A DNA stretch of 64,000 nt from Candidatus Micrarchaeota archaeon (GCA_964647855.1 CAZYJW010000002.1:308399-372398); one strand, 5' to 3'; positions 1-10,274 are shown, counted from the stretch's first letter. Notes: a model not told the origin generated them from the letters alone. A program made the numbers and translations.

Positions 1-2
1 TC

Positions 3-3000
3 GTGTACGAGGGCAACAGCGCCGACTTAAATGCGATTGCCCGGACAATGACGGGGCCGGAAGCCCTCGCATTCTCACGGATTGGGAGGATGATGGTTGA
101 GGCCCGGCGCTCGGGGGCCGGGCGCGCACAGCCCGAAAGCTTCATCATGCATTTTGCCGAGAGGCTGGCGCCGCCGCAGCCGCCGGCCGGGGGGAGAGCG
201 CCCCCGGCGCTCGACGCGCAGGCCGCGCAGGCCCTCGCGGATTATGAGGCCATGTCCAGGCCAAGGCCCGCGGGCGAGGAAAGGGCGCGCATCCACAACC
301 CCGCTGCTATACGCTTGCACCAGATTCTGCGCGAGAACCCGCGCATGCCCAGGGAGCAGGCCGCAAGGCAGGCGGCCGAGGACGTCAACGCCGCGACAAG
401 GCTCACGGCCGAATACGAGATGTTCCTGAACAACTCGCGCCAGGGCCTCACGGTAATCCAGAGCCCTGAGGGCAGGATGATGGGGGAGCTCGCGCTGAGG
501 AATCCGGACCTTTCCCCATACGAGCTTGCGATGCAGGTCGTAAGCGGGCTGAGGTCACAGGGCAGGCTCCGCGAATCCCTCACGCAGCCTATCGGAACGC
601 GCCCCGCGGCCGCCGCGGAGGCGCCGGCACCGAGGCCCGCGGAGGCCGAGCGGTCTGCCGAGGCGCCGCGCCCGGCTCCCGAGGAGGCGCGCCGCGAATG
701 GACCACGGACAGCCTTGTCAGGGAATACATCAGGTTCAACGAGGCGTTCAGAAGGGGGCACACACTCATGCCCACGCCCGAGATGACAGGCGTAGCCGAA
801 ATACTCAGGCAGCATCCCGACTGGAGCGTGAACCGCGCCGCCGCGGAATACCTGAGGCGGCAGAGGGCTGCCGAGGCGCCGGAGGAGGCGCGCAGGCCCG
901 CGGCTCCCGAGGAGGCGCCGAGGGCCCCCGCCGCGCCCGAGGAGAGGCCCGTTCCCGGAAGGCCGCCGCAGGAGCTTCTCGGCGGCAGGGAGGCGCTCGA
1001 TTTCCTTTCCCGGCGCGGCATAACGCCTTCGCTAGATGATACGGGCGCAATCAGGATGTTCGAGCGCGAAGGGCGCAGGTATGCAGAGTTCAATTACACG
1101 GAAGGCGAAGCCACAACGACGGTCAGGATTCCCATGCGCGAGCAGGCGCCGGGAGAGCCGTCGCACATCTACCAGCACAGGCTGAGGGCCGAGGCTCTTG
1201 ACGGATTGCTGCGCATACACGAGGAGTCGATAAGGGGCTCCGCCCCCGAGGCCAGCACGCTGCGGGGAAGGAGGCTCTACACCGTGGCCTACGACATGTC
1301 GCGGGCGCCTGATGCAAGGCTCGGATACGGCACGCCGAACGAGAGGGCCGTCGCCCGCCAGCTGCGCGGCGACCAGGCGTATGCCGACGCCATGGCGCAG
1401 GGGGATTATGCCGCGGCACTCGCGATAACCGAGCGCTACTCGACGCTTTTGGGCTCGATGGAGCGCTCGACCACAAGAACAAGGAGGGGCGAGCATGTGG
1501 ACGAGGTCACCGGCGCGAGGCGCGTTATCGCGATAGGCGACGTTCACGGGGACGCCCACGCGCTCGTGGACCAGCTCGTCCGGGGCGGCGTGCTCGTGGA
1601 CACCATGCCCCACCTTGCCGCGGACGACGCATCGGTTCCGCTCGCGCGCAGATACCGCATAAATCCCGACCTCGCGCAGGGCACGCAGATAGTCTTCACA
1701 GGGGATTACATAGACCGGGGCCCGACAAGCATCGAGGTGGTCGAGCTCGTCCGCCAGATGCAGAGCGACGCCGGATTCGCCGGCTCCGCGGTGCACACGA
1801 TACGCGGGAACCACGAGGCGCTTTTCATCAGGTTCGTGGATGCCTACAGGGGATACACCACCGAGCAGGTCCGCGAGATAATCAGGACCGGCAACCTGCC
1901 GGACGGAACGCCGGACCCCAACTCGATGTTCTGCCAGTGGAACAGGATAGGAATGGGCATAGCATCGCAGAAGGGCGTTCCTGGCACTTTCGAGCAGATA
2001 GTGGCGCGCTTCGGCACCTGGGAAAACTTCATCGCGAGGAACTTCACCAGCGAGGGGGTGGTGATTCCGGGAAGCGAGATGGACTTCATACACTCCACGC
2101 GCGGCGCGGTGATAATAGACAACAACTACTTCACCCACGGCGGGCCCGTGATGACCGAGGAGGTCAGGACCGCGCCCACGCGCGAGGCCGCCCTTGCGGC
2201 ATTGGACGACCATTTCACCGGCCTTTTCGGAACAAGGGACAGGCCCATCGTGGATAACAACTGGGCAACGACATGGGCCGACCAGGCGGCCTTCGACAGG
2301 GGCGACCACAGCTCCAACTATGTGAACAGGTGGTATCAAGAGCTTGGGGGCGCCGACGGCCAGCAGTTCAGGCAGGCTCTCGGAATCGACCAGGTCTACA
2401 TCGGCCATATGCCCACTGAGGGCGGGCAGGTCACGCGCTTCGGGGATTTCGCTACGGGGATTGACGTCGGCATGACCGCGCATTACGGCGGCGGCAGGGG
2501 ATTCCTCGATATCGACCCGGTGAGGCGCGATGCGCCCGTGGCTGCGCGCGCGGAGGCGAGCGGGCCGGGCAGGAACCTGACCGGAGACCGGACCAGGACG
2601 ACTGTGCTCAGGAATCCGGTTTCCGATGCGGCTGCCGCGGTGCTTGACCGCGGCGAGGCGGTCCCGCTTCCGCCCGAAGCGGCGGCAGAGCCTCCGGCCC
2701 CGCAGCAGAGGGCGCCGCCGCCGCGGGAGCAGCCGCCCGCACCGGCTCCGGAACTCCGGGAGGCGACTGCGACCGAAGCCGCGCGCCCCCTTAGCGGAGA
2801 CGAGTATCGGGCACGGCTCGCCATGGTGCCGGAACATTACAGGCCTTTCGTCGAGGCGCGCTTCGCCGAGGCTCCTGATGCGGGCACTATGGGAAATGCG
2901 CTCGCCCTCTTCGGGGAGCGCAGCGGCGAGAGAAGCGGGGTGTTCGGGGATTTCCACACCGTGCTGAGGGGTGAATCCATCGGCGGCAACGCCGGCCCGG

Positions 3001-6000
3001 GGCATGCCGGCGTGAACGGCTATTACGACCCCCAGACCGGAAGGATTACCGCGTTCGGCAACGTGCAGAACATCCCCCCGGAGATTGTCGCGCGCGGAAG
3101 GATTTTCCATATGCGCGTCAACGTTATGGACGGGACAATCGTGCAGGTCTTCGGGGAAGGCGCGCCGGTTCCGCCGCAGGTCGCCGCGCTGAACGGGATG
3201 CAGGTCGTCCGCGGCATGCGGGAGGCGCTGGATGCGGCACACGCGGCTCCGGCTCGCCCGGCGCCGGCGGCGGCTGAATACACGCCGCTGCGGCTGCGCT
3301 TCCAGGAGAGCGACGTCCCGGTCGTATCGCTCGAGAGGCACCTGCCGCGCGGAAGCGACGAGCGCACAGGCTACATAAGGAGGCTCTCGCGCGACCTGTA
3401 CCGCTATGCCGCCGGGACCGGCGAGGTGCCAGAGATGTACCGCCCGGCTGTTGAGGCGATAAGGGCGAACCGTGAGGCTGGCGCGCAGGCCGAAGGCCTT
3501 GCGGTGCAGTTCGCCACCATGCTCGTGGATACGAGCGGGATGGTGAGGCCCGGCTCCGCGGCCGCAATGGAGGCAAGCTCCGGAAACATGCAGGGAAGCC
3601 GGCCGCTCGAGGCGGCGCTTCCCCGCGAGGGGGCAAACGCGCGCGACATCAGGCGCGTCGCGAGGGTGCTCGAGAGGCTCGACGATTCGATAGCGGCCGG
3701 AAGGATGGGGCCGGAGCTAGCGGACCCCGAATACCAGGCCGCCCTTCGCGCTATCGGACCGACGCGGGGCGCCAACACAGCGCAGGAGCGCGCCGTATAC
3801 ACGCGGCAATGGGCCGAGTATATAGTATCACTGCGCGGAGGCGGCGACGGGGGAAGCGGAGGCCCGTCCGGCGGCGGCCCGCGCGGAGGGCCTGGACCCG
3901 GGGGACCGGGGCCGCGGGGGCCGACCACGAGGGGCCCGACGGAGGGGCCTGTGGCCCGCGCAGGCTGGGAGTCGGTCGTTTCGATGGGCCTTGACCGGGC
4001 GGTGAACCCCGACGGGGCGACCACCGCGGAGATATCCCCGCTCGCGTCGCTGGCAAGAAGGTACGCGAGGGGGGACGCCGCGGCGGTGGCAGGGATGCCT
4101 GCCGAGGTCCGCGCAGAGGTGACGAGGCTCGCATCCGATGCGACTTTCGCAAGATACGCGCGCGGGAGCGAGGCACGATTCAATGATTATATCAGAAGGG
4201 GCACGCGGGGCAGGCTCCCGGGAGGCCGCGGTCTTATCGACAATGCGCGCGGCAGGATAATGGATGCCATGCCGGTCCAGGCCGGAATGCCCGAGGAGGC
4301 GCGCATGGTCTCGGGCGTAGGCCGCCTCGAAGTGGCCGGCGATGTCGTCGGGCGCCCGGCGCTCGCGGATGCCCAGTCCGGCAACGGGGCCGCCATGCTC
4401 GGGACGCTCCGGCCCATCCTGAACATGGCCGAGGGCGGAGGCACGCATTCGGGAAGCAGCAGGCTGGCACGGGCCGAAGTGCCAGGCCAGGCAGAAACCG
4501 GAGGAGGAACTGCCAGCGGAGGGGGGCGAAGGAGGGGAAGGCCGGGCCCGGCCGCTCCGGCGCCTGAGCAGCGCGCAGCCGCGCCCGCGGAGAGACCGGT
4601 AGTGCTGCAGACAGAGTCCAACATCCGGCAAATCTCAGGCATAGAGATAGACGGCCGGCGGCCATGGCAGCTTTCACGGGGCCGCGAGCAGGTCGGCGCA
4701 GTCCTCGACGATGCGCTGGGCGTGTTCAGGGAGGCATACGGGAACGTCGGCCTCCGCTACAGCAACCCGCGCGAGCTAATCGGGCGGATGGATGCCGTAT
4801 ATATTGCAAGGGATGCGCAAGGGCGCGCAATCGCCTTCGCGACATTCTCGGAAAGCCCCAGGGGGCTGAGGCTCGCGCTTTGCGGCGCCCTTCCGGGCTC
4901 CAGGGAAGGCAGGGCCGCGGTGAGGCAGGTGCTGCAGCGATTTTCCGCAATGGAAGGCGCATACGGCAACGTCTCGGGCAGGGTGGCGGACATAGTAATC
5001 CGCGAGATGGGCATGCAGATAGTGCCCTACGACCAGGCGCGCTCCATGATGGGCGGCAGCAGGCGCGGCGGCGCCAACGCACAGCGCGACGCCCAAATCA
5101 TCCGCCAGAGGATGGGGGACGCTGCTTTCGCCGAATCGCCGATTGTGCGCGCGGCGATGGAGCGAACAGGAAGAAGCGCCAGGGAGATAACTTTCGACGA
5201 CCTTGTGGCCCAGGCGGTCCATGACGGGGAGATACCCAACACCGACGCTGCGAGGGCGAACTGCTTCGCGCTCGTGCAGTCGCTCGAAGGGCCCGGCGGG
5301 GTTGCAAGGGACACGGTTGAAATCAAGCTGATGGTGGGCAGGCCGCTTGCCGAGCAGGCGCGTGCGGAAACCACTGCACCCGCGCCGGGGCAGGAGGCGC
5401 CTGCCGCGCCCGCAGAGGTCCGCGTCGCCGCGCGGCCAGAGCTGATGCTCGGGGCGGACATCAACGGGTTCGTGGGCGGAGTGCGCACGCGCGTGCCGGG
5501 CGTTGGCCCAAGGGATGTGACATACAAGGGCACCTTCGATGCGGAGGGCGGCAGGCTCGTCCGCTTCCAGAGGGGCGGCGAGATGATAGATATCTACGCC
5601 CCCGAGGGCTTCGCCCAGATGAGGCCCGAGCAGCTGCGCCAGCATTTCGAGGACCAGCTTGTCGCAAGGCTCACGCAGGAGCAGCGGCCCGCCGAGCCCG
5701 AGACTGCCGCTCCGCCGCCCGCTCCCGCGCCGGCCGCGCCCGCGGAAGCGGCAAGGCCCGTATTCGATAGGGGGCTTCCGAGGTCAACGCGCGAGCAGCA
5801 GGCGCGCGGCATAACCCCGATGGACGCAATCGGCATGGAGCCGAGAGACACATATTTCAGGGAGAACAGCATCAACTACAACGGCGTCTACGAGCAGGGC
5901 GGAAGGAGGTATGCCGAATTCACGCTAAGGGGCGAGGAAGGCACGCCGCAGGTCAGGGTCTATCTTCCTGACGAGGCTGCGCTCTCCGCAAGGGGAATCA

Positions 6001-9000
6001 CGCGCAGGCAGTATTTCGAGCAGGCCCTGCGCGATGCGCGTGCGCCTGCTCCGGCCGAGCCTGCAGCGCCTGCAGAGGCGGCGCGCCCGGTCTTCGAGAT
6101 GAACCAGCCCAGGCCCGAGCGCGACCAGCAGGTGCGGGGACTCACACCCGTGGACGCGATAGGCATGCAGCCGGGCGACCCGTATTTCAGGGAAAACAGC
6201 ATCAATTACGGGGGCGTCTTCGAGGCCGGAGGAAGAAGGTTCGCAGAGTTCACGCTAAGGGGTGTCGAAGGGACGCCGCGCGTCAGGGTGTACATGCCCG
6301 ACGATGCAACGCTTGCCGCAAGGGGCATCACGCGCAGGCAGTATTTCGAGCAGGCGCTCCTTGATGCAAGGACGCCACGCGCGGCTCCTGAGCCTCCGGC
6401 GGCGGCTCCCGGCCCAAGGCCGGCGCCCTCCCCCGCGGAGGCGCCTCGGGGGCCCGCACCGGCAGAGGCCGCTGCACCCCCTTCGACGCGAAGGATGCGC
6501 ATCGCCGCCAGGGCAGAAGCTGCGGGAAGGAGCCTGCGCGACGCAACCGTGCAGGAGCATGAGTCGTTCGAGGCGCTTCTCCTGCGCGGTGAGACGCCCC
6601 TTGCCGCGGATGTCGCATCATTGATTCCGGAGGGCGAATTCAGCAGGCCCCTTCGGGGGATAGCGCGCATGCTTCAGGAGCTTGCCGGAAGCGGGCGGCC
6701 GCTCGAGCGCATCGATGCAGAGTACCGCGATGCGGTGTCCGCGATACGCGCGGCTTCTCCAGCGGAGCGCGCCCAGGCCACGGCGACCCGGGCAAGGGCG
6801 ATATTCGAAGGCCGCGGCGGCGAGCTTGGCTACACAGTGCGCAGGGCGGTGGACGGCTATGTCCGGCAGGGAAGGGACAGGGCGCGGGCCACAACGGCGG
6901 TCGAGCAGGCGCTCCTCCTCCCGGCAAGATACCGCGAGGGGTTCACGCCGGCTGATGCCACGGACTCGTTCTTCATGGCGCTCATAGACAGCGCGGTTTC
7001 CCGGCAGCCGGGAAGGCCTCGCGAGGTGATTGCTTTCGAAGTCGGCCAGCAGGCGGCCGCTGCGGCCGCCGGAATCATGCGCCGCAGCATGCTTCCTGAA
7101 GGCGGCGTCAGAAGGCCGGCTGACGGGGGCGAGGCGTTCGCATTCGACATGGCGATGGCGAGGGCCCGTGAACGGGAAAGGGCCGCACTTGGGGGCGAGG
7201 AGGGAAGGGCGGTGGTGCCGACGCAGGAGGATTTCATCTTCGGTGCCGCCGCGCTGGGCATGGTGCTGGAAAGGATGCGGGCGGGTGGCATGGAGGCCTT
7301 CGCCCCGCAGATACTCACCGGGACATTCCACTTCCTCCATGGCACGCCCATGGAAAGGATGCCCGCCGTGCTCGATGCGTATCTCAGGGCCGCGGGAACC
7401 ATAGCGGAGCGCGTGCCGGCCTCGGTCATCACGGGCGAGGAGCAGGTCAACGCATCCCAGTCCCTTTTCAACATCGCGGCCTATCTGCTAGCCAACGGGG
7501 TGGCCGACCCGCAGGCGCTCTTCACGAACGCCTCCAGGACCGGGCTGCTGGACATGTTCACCATCGAGAGCGCCGGGCATCTCAACACGGTCGCATGGGC
7601 TACGACCTTCATGGGCGATATCGCCTACCGGGTCATAGGTGGCAACAGGCCGGAGCTGATTGCGCCCACGCTCAGGCTGATTCTCGAGGATGCGGCAAGG
7701 CTGAATCCCGATATGCGTGAAGCATATCTGCACTCGGTGGGGGAGCAGTTCTCCTGGAGCGACCAGCTCGGAACGAGGATTGCCGAGCTCGATTCGAGGA
7801 CCGGCGCGAGCGCGCGCAGGAAGAGGATGCCGATGCTCGCGATGACCATGGACCCCTCCATGGCGCCGCTTCTGGCAATACTCGACACGAGCGTTGTGAG
7901 GAACAGGCTCAGCACCGATTCGGTGTTCCGCGAGTTCACGGCGTTCCTCGAAAACATGCGCCATGCCGACATGGATGTCGAGGGCCAGGCCTGGCTGTCC
8001 GTGGTCAGGGAGAACATAGAGTACCTCGGCATGAGCATGGAGCAGAGGATGGCGCGGGGCATAAGCGAGGAGGTCGACCCGTCAAGGACCTCGTTCATAA
8101 CCGACAGGGTGCGGCACCTAAACACCCTCTACGGATTCCACCGCGAGGGGAGGATCCAGCCCGACACGCTCAGGCTGATAAGCGAAAGCCTCACGGGAAT
8201 GCTCACGACAGAGCAGTTCAGCTCCACGATGGGCCGGGGCTACAGGAGCCTCGTTCCCGAGCTGAGCGTCTCGGACGCCTGGGTGTCGGCGCACCTCGAC
8301 CTTTTCGCGGAATACGTGTCCTACCGGAGGACTCTTTCCCTTCTTGCGGGCCTTGCGGGCCGCTTCCCGGACTATGCCGGGAGGCCCGAGGCGTTCAGGG
8401 AGGGCCTGGCGCTCCTCGACCGGGCGTTCATTGCCCATGTGGAGGGAAGGTTCGCGGAATTCAAGTTCTCGCCGGAATTCCGGGCCGAGCTCAGGGAGTC
8501 CGCGGCAAGGGCCGGCGTCGATGGGGATGCGGTGTTCCGCGCATGGAGCTCCGAGCGCCAATTCAGGGTGAGCGCGGAGGGGCAGGACTACCAGGTCCAC
8601 GAGACCGGCACTTTCGATGCCGGGTTCTATTCCGGCATGGTGCGCGGGGCGACTGCGTGCCAAAGCCCGAGGAACATGCACCCCACAGTGGGCGGAATCG
8701 TGGGCTCGGTCGTCCAGCCCTGGATGCGGCAGGTCGTAATAGGCCCGCCGGGCTCTGCGGAGGCGACATACCGCAGGTGGATGGTGCTGGTTCAGGGCGA
8801 GGACGGAAGGCCGATACTCCTCCTACAGCCGGCATACCAGCTGCCCGGAACGCCGGCATCAGTTGACGCCGCCGTAATCGCACAGATAAGGCAGACCTAC
8901 GAGCCCCTCGGGGTGGAGGTCAGGGACGTGCGCGCGGGCGTTGCCGAGCGCACTGACGACGCGGGAAGGCCCTCGAACAGGGGCTACGGCACATACCAGT

Positions 9001-9143
9001 TCCGGGCGCCCTTCGCCTATCTTGACAGCAACATGGTGGAGGTTTTCTGGGGCGGCAAGAGGGCGCAGAACGGCCTGCTTGAGGCGCCGGCGGGGCAGAG
9101 GCTGGAGTTCCCGGCAGGTTCGAGAAGAACCATAACGAGGTGA
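3..9143 (+). CDS. Giant multidomain protein (>=3046 aa; 5' end lies outside window) with embedded PPP-family metallophosphatase domain, Pro/Ala/Glu/Arg-rich linkers, Gly-rich tract and internal repeat modules
   Basis: Single uninterrupted ORF from window edge; G/C-rich third codon positions; PPP motifs in canonical order; next gene starts 4 nt after stop behind a GAGGTGA SD-like site. Confidence 0.85.
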   Translation: MYEGNSADLNAIARTMTGPEALAFSRIGRMMVEARRSGAGRAQPESFIMHFAERLAPPQPPAGGRAPPALDAQAAQALADYEAMSRPRPAGEERARIHNPAAIRLHQILRENPRMPREQAARQAAEDVNAATRLTAEYEMFLNNSRQGLTVIQSPEGRMMGELALRNPDLSPYELAMQVVSGLRSQGRLRESLTQPIGTRPAAAAEAPAPRPAEAERSAEAPRPAPEEARREWTTDSLVREYIRFNEAFRRGHTLMPTPEMTGVAEILRQHPDWSVNRAAAEYLRRQRAAEAPEEARRPAAPEEAPRAPAAPEERPVPGRPPQELLGGREALDFLSRRGITPSLDDTGAIRMFEREGRRYAEFNYTEGEATTTVRIPMREQAPGEPSHIYQHRLRAEALDGLLRIHEESIRGSAPEASTLRGRRLYTVAYDMSRAPDARLGYGTPNERAVARQLRGDQAYADAMAQGDYAAALAITERYSTLLGSMERSTTRTRRGEHVDEVTGARRVIAIGDVHGDAHALVDQLVRGGVLVDTMPHLAADDASVPLARRYRINPDLAQGTQIVFTGDYIDRGPTSIEVVELVRQMQSDAGFAGSAVHTIRGNHEALFIRFVDAYRGYTTEQVREIIRTGNLPDGTPDPNSMFCQWNRIGMGIASQKGVPGTFEQIVARFGTWENFIARNFTSEGVVIPGSEMDFIHSTRGAVIIDNNYFTHGGPVMTEEVRTAPTREAALAALDDHFTGLFGTRDRPIVDNNWATTWADQAAFDRGDHSSNYVNRWYQELGGADGQQFRQALGIDQVYIGHMPTEGGQVTRFGDFATGIDVGMTAHYGGGRGFLDIDPVRRDAPVAARAEASGPGRNLTGDRTRTTVLRNPVSDAAAAVLDRGEAVPLPPEAAAEPPAPQQRAPPPREQPPAPAPELREATATEAARPLSGDEYRARLAMVPEHYRPFVEARFAEAPDAGTMGNALALFGERSGERSGVFGDFHTVLRGESIGGNAGPGHAGVNGYYDPQTGRITAFGNVQNIPPEIVARGRIFHMRVNVMDGTIVQVFGEGAPVPPQVAALNGMQVVRGMREALDAAHAAPARPAPAAAEYTPLRLRFQESDVPVVSLERHLPRGSDERTGYIRRLSRDLYRYAAGTGEVPEMYRPAVEAIRANREAGAQAEGLAVQFATMLVDTSGMVRPGSAAAMEASSGNMQGSRPLEAALPREGANARDIRRVARVLERLDDSIAAGRMGPELADPEYQAALRAIGPTRGANTAQERAVYTRQWAEYIVSLRGGGDGGSGGPSGGGPRGGPGPGGPGPRGPTTRGPTEGPVARAGWESVVSMGLDRAVNPDGATTAEISPLASLARRYARGDAAAVAGMPAEVRAEVTRLASDATFARYARGSEARFNDYIRRGTRGRLPGGRGLIDNARGRIMDAMPVQAGMPEEARMVSGVGRLEVAGDVVGRPALADAQSGNGAAMLGTLRPILNMAEGGGTHSGSSRLARAEVPGQAETGGGTASGGGRRRGRPGPAAPAPEQRAAAPAERPVVLQTESNIRQISGIEIDGRRPWQLSRGREQVGAVLDDALGVFREAYGNVGLRYSNPRELIGRMDAVYIARDAQGRAIAFATFSESPRGLRLALCGALPGSREGRAAVRQVLQRFSAMEGAYGNVSGRVADIVIREMGMQIVPYDQARSMMGGSRRGGANAQRDAQIIRQRMGDAAFAESPIVRAAMERTGRSAREITFDDLVAQAVHDGEIPNTDAARANCFALVQSLEGPGGVARDTVEIKLMVGRPLAEQARAETTAPAPGQEAPAAPAEVRVAARPELMLGADINGFVGGVRTRVPGVGPRDVTYKGTFDAEGGRLVRFQRGGEMIDIYAPEGFAQMRPEQLRQHFEDQLVARLTQEQRPAEPETAAPPPAPAPAAPAEAARPVFDRGLPRSTREQQARGITPMDAIGMEPRDTYFRENSINYNGVYEQGGRRYAEFTLRGEEGTPQVRVYLPDEAALSARGITRRQYFEQALRDARAPAPAEPAAPAEAARPVFEMNQPRPERDQQVRGLTPVDAIGMQPGDPYFRENSINYGGVFEAGGRRFAEFTLRGVEGTPRVRVYMPDDATLAARGITRRQYFEQALLDARTPRAAPEPPAAAPGPRPAPSPAEAPRGPAPAEAAAPPSTRRMRIAARAEAAGRSLRDATVQEHESFEALLLRGETPLAADVASLIPEGEFSRPLRGIARMLQELAGSGRPLERIDAEYRDAVSAIRAASPAERAQATATRARAIFEGRGGELGYTVRRAVDGYVRQGRDRARATTAVEQALLLPARYREGFTPADATDSFFMALIDSAVSRQPGRPREVIAFEVGQQAAAAAAGIMRRSMLPEGGVRRPADGGEAFAFDMAMARARERERAALGGEEGRAVVPTQEDFIFGAAALGMVLERMRAGGMEAFAPQILTGTFHFLHGTPMERMPAVLDAYLRAAGTIAERVPASVITGEEQVNASQSLFNIAAYLLANGVADPQALFTNASRTGLLDMFTIESAGHLNTVAWATTFMGDIAYRVIGGNRPELIAPTLRLILEDAARLNPDMREAYLHSVGEQFSWSDQLGTRIAELDSRTGASARRKRMPMLAMTMDPSMAPLLAILDTSVVRNRLSTDSVFREFTAFLENMRHADMDVEGQAWLSVVRENIEYLGMSMEQRMARGISEEVDPSRTSFITDRVRHLNTLYGFHREGRIQPDTLRLISESLTGMLTTEQFSSTMGRGYRSLVPELSVSDAWVSAHLDLFAEYVSYRRTLSLLAGLAGRFPDYAGRPEAFREGLALLDRAFIAHVEGRFAEFKFSPEFRAELRESAARAGVDGDAVFRAWSSERQFRVSAEGQDYQVHETGTFDAGFYSGMVRGATACQSPRNMHPTVGGIVGSVVQPWMRQVVIGPPGSAEATYRRWMVLVQGEDGRPILLLQPAYQLPGTPASVDAAVIAQIRQTYEPLGVEVRDVRAGVAERTDDAGRPSNRGYGTYQFRAPFAYLDSNMVEVFWGGKRAQNGLLEAPAGQRLEFPAGSRRTITR
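1515..2150 (+). other. PPP-family Ser/Thr phosphatase (calcineurin-like metallophosphatase) domain inside the giant ORF
   Basis: Motifs GDVHGD (~1536), GDYIDRG, RGNHE (~1806) and THGG (~2136) in the order GDxHG / GDxxDRG / GNHE / HGG. Confidence 0.75.
5733..6392 (+). repeat. In-frame tandem duplication, 2 x 330 nt (2 x 110 aa), inside giant ORF
   Basis: Both units start AAPAEAARPVF and share RGxTPxDAIGMxPxDxYFRENSINYxGVxExGGRRxAEFTLRGxEGTPxVRVYxPDxAxLxARGITRRQYFEQAL; units start at 5733 and 6063. Confidence 0.9.
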
Positions 9144-9147
9144 CTGC

Positions 9148-9699
9148 ATGGACGAGACAGAGGTTGCGAGGCAGTATTACATACTGATATCGGATTTGAG
9201 GCCGGAAAAGCGGACGGCAGCGTTCGCCAGCCTTTCAGGCGAAAAGAATGAGAGCGCGGCGGCACTCGCGAGAATCGGAAAAAAGGTATTCGACGTGATA
9301 ATCGGCCTCGCCCCCGTGCCCGAGCTCGAGGGCGTGCTTGCGGAGTTCGACTCGTTCACCCCGGTTGCATTCTGGAGCAGGTTCATGGAGACCACCGGGC
9401 AGGAGCTAATCCGCACATGCTACGCCAACCGGGAGATGGACGAGCCGGAGAGGCGGGAGATAATCGGGCATGCGCTCAGGTTCATCTCAAGGGCGCAGGA
9501 CGGCGGTTTCCCGCTGTCGGAATTCACGCTCGCCCAGCTGCGGAAGGTGAAGGAATCCGGTGGCGAGAACGGCAAATCCGCCGAAGAGCTGATTGCCAGG
9601 AACGACATGGTCATGCCTGAGAAAACGGGGGGAATCAGGCCGCCGAAGAAAAGCGGGCCCAAGCCGAAGGGAGGCGGAAGGCTGAAGGGCGTCGCGTGA
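9148..9699 (+). CDS. Hypothetical protein (183 aa) with basic Gly/Lys/Pro C-terminal tail
   Basis: ORF with GC3 bias; ATG 8 nt after GAGGTGA; directly follows giant ORF. Confidence 0.6.
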   Translation: MDETEVARQYYILISDLRPEKRTAAFASLSGEKNESAAALARIGKKVFDVIIGLAPVPELEGVLAEFDSFTPVAFWSRFMETTGQELIRTCYANREMDEPERREIIGHALRFISRAQDGGFPLSEFTLAQLRKVKESGGENGKSAEELIARNDMVMPEKTGGIRPPKKSGPKPKGGGRLKGVA

Positions 9700-9700
9700 A

Positions 9701-10216
9701 TCAGGTGGTCTGGAAAAACCGCCAGTAGGCGTTATTGTCGAGTATCGGCGCGATTTTATCGAGCCCTGCCCCGGTAAGCGCCCCCTTTTCCAGGGCGGAT
9801 TGCGCCTCCCTGAGGGCCGCAAGGTCGGATTTCGCGGCGCCAATGCATTCGCGGACCATCGCCTCGATTTTCTTCTCCGAGCCTTTGGCCTTGGCCTCGC
9901 CGTCGGCGAGCTCTATCCGGACGTTGCGCTCCGGAATTTCGAATAGCAGCCCCATGCCGGTAAGCTCGTCTTTTTTCCCGCTCGCGATTATCCTCGCATG
10001 GTCCTCGACCTCAGAGCGGAGGGCCTTCGCATCGTCCCCCAGGTCCCTCTCGAGCCGGGCTATCGCCGCGGAGATGCTCTCGGAGAGCTCCTCCTGGGAC
10101 TGCGCATGCGCCTTCCTTGCCATGAATGGCCGGCCCGCAACGCCCTTGCCCGGGAATTTCGCTCCGGGAGCCTTGCCCTTATAGCGCCTGGAAATGTCAA
10201 TCACGTCCGCCGACAT
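9701..10216 (-). CDS. Hypothetical protein (171 aa), coiled-coil-like
   Basis: ORF-track start at 10261 is TTG and its first 15 codons have poor GC3; first ATG (MSADVID) at 10216 preferred. Confidence 0.55.
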   Translation of the reverse strand: MSADVIDISRRYKGKAPGAKFPGKGVAGRPFMARKAHAQSQEELSESISAAIARLERDLGDDAKALRSEVEDHARIIASGKKDELTGMGLLFEIPERNVRIELADGEAKAKGSEKKIEAMVRECIGAAKSDLAALREAQSALEKGALTGAGLDKIAPILDNNAYWRFFQTT

Positions 10217-10264
10217 CTTTATCGTATATGAATTGGGAACAGAAGGCTTTAAAGACCGCAATCG

Positions 10265-10274
10265 CTTTATAAAG
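10265..10274 (+). promoter_or_regulatory. TATA-like box (CTTTATAAAG) about 27 nt upstream of ATG 10297
   Basis: AT-rich element in GC-rich background at the spacing expected for a leaderless archaeal transcript. Confidence 0.45.

Noticed and set aside
1032-3341. 769-aa minus-strand ORF, and many other 60-280-aa ORFs, overlapping the giant plus-strand ORF
   Set aside because: They are antisense or off-frame to a frame with strong GC3 bias and recognisable PPP motifs. Their translations are Arg/Pro/Gly/Ala-rich, the usual artefact of open alternative frames in GC-rich DNA.
4640-5060. GNAT-like segment in the giant ORF (MDAVYIARDAQGRAIAFATFSE...GRAAVRQVLQRF)
   Set aside because: Only a vague beta-strand/helix pattern with no clear Q/RxxGxG/A motif, so it is not claimed as a domain.
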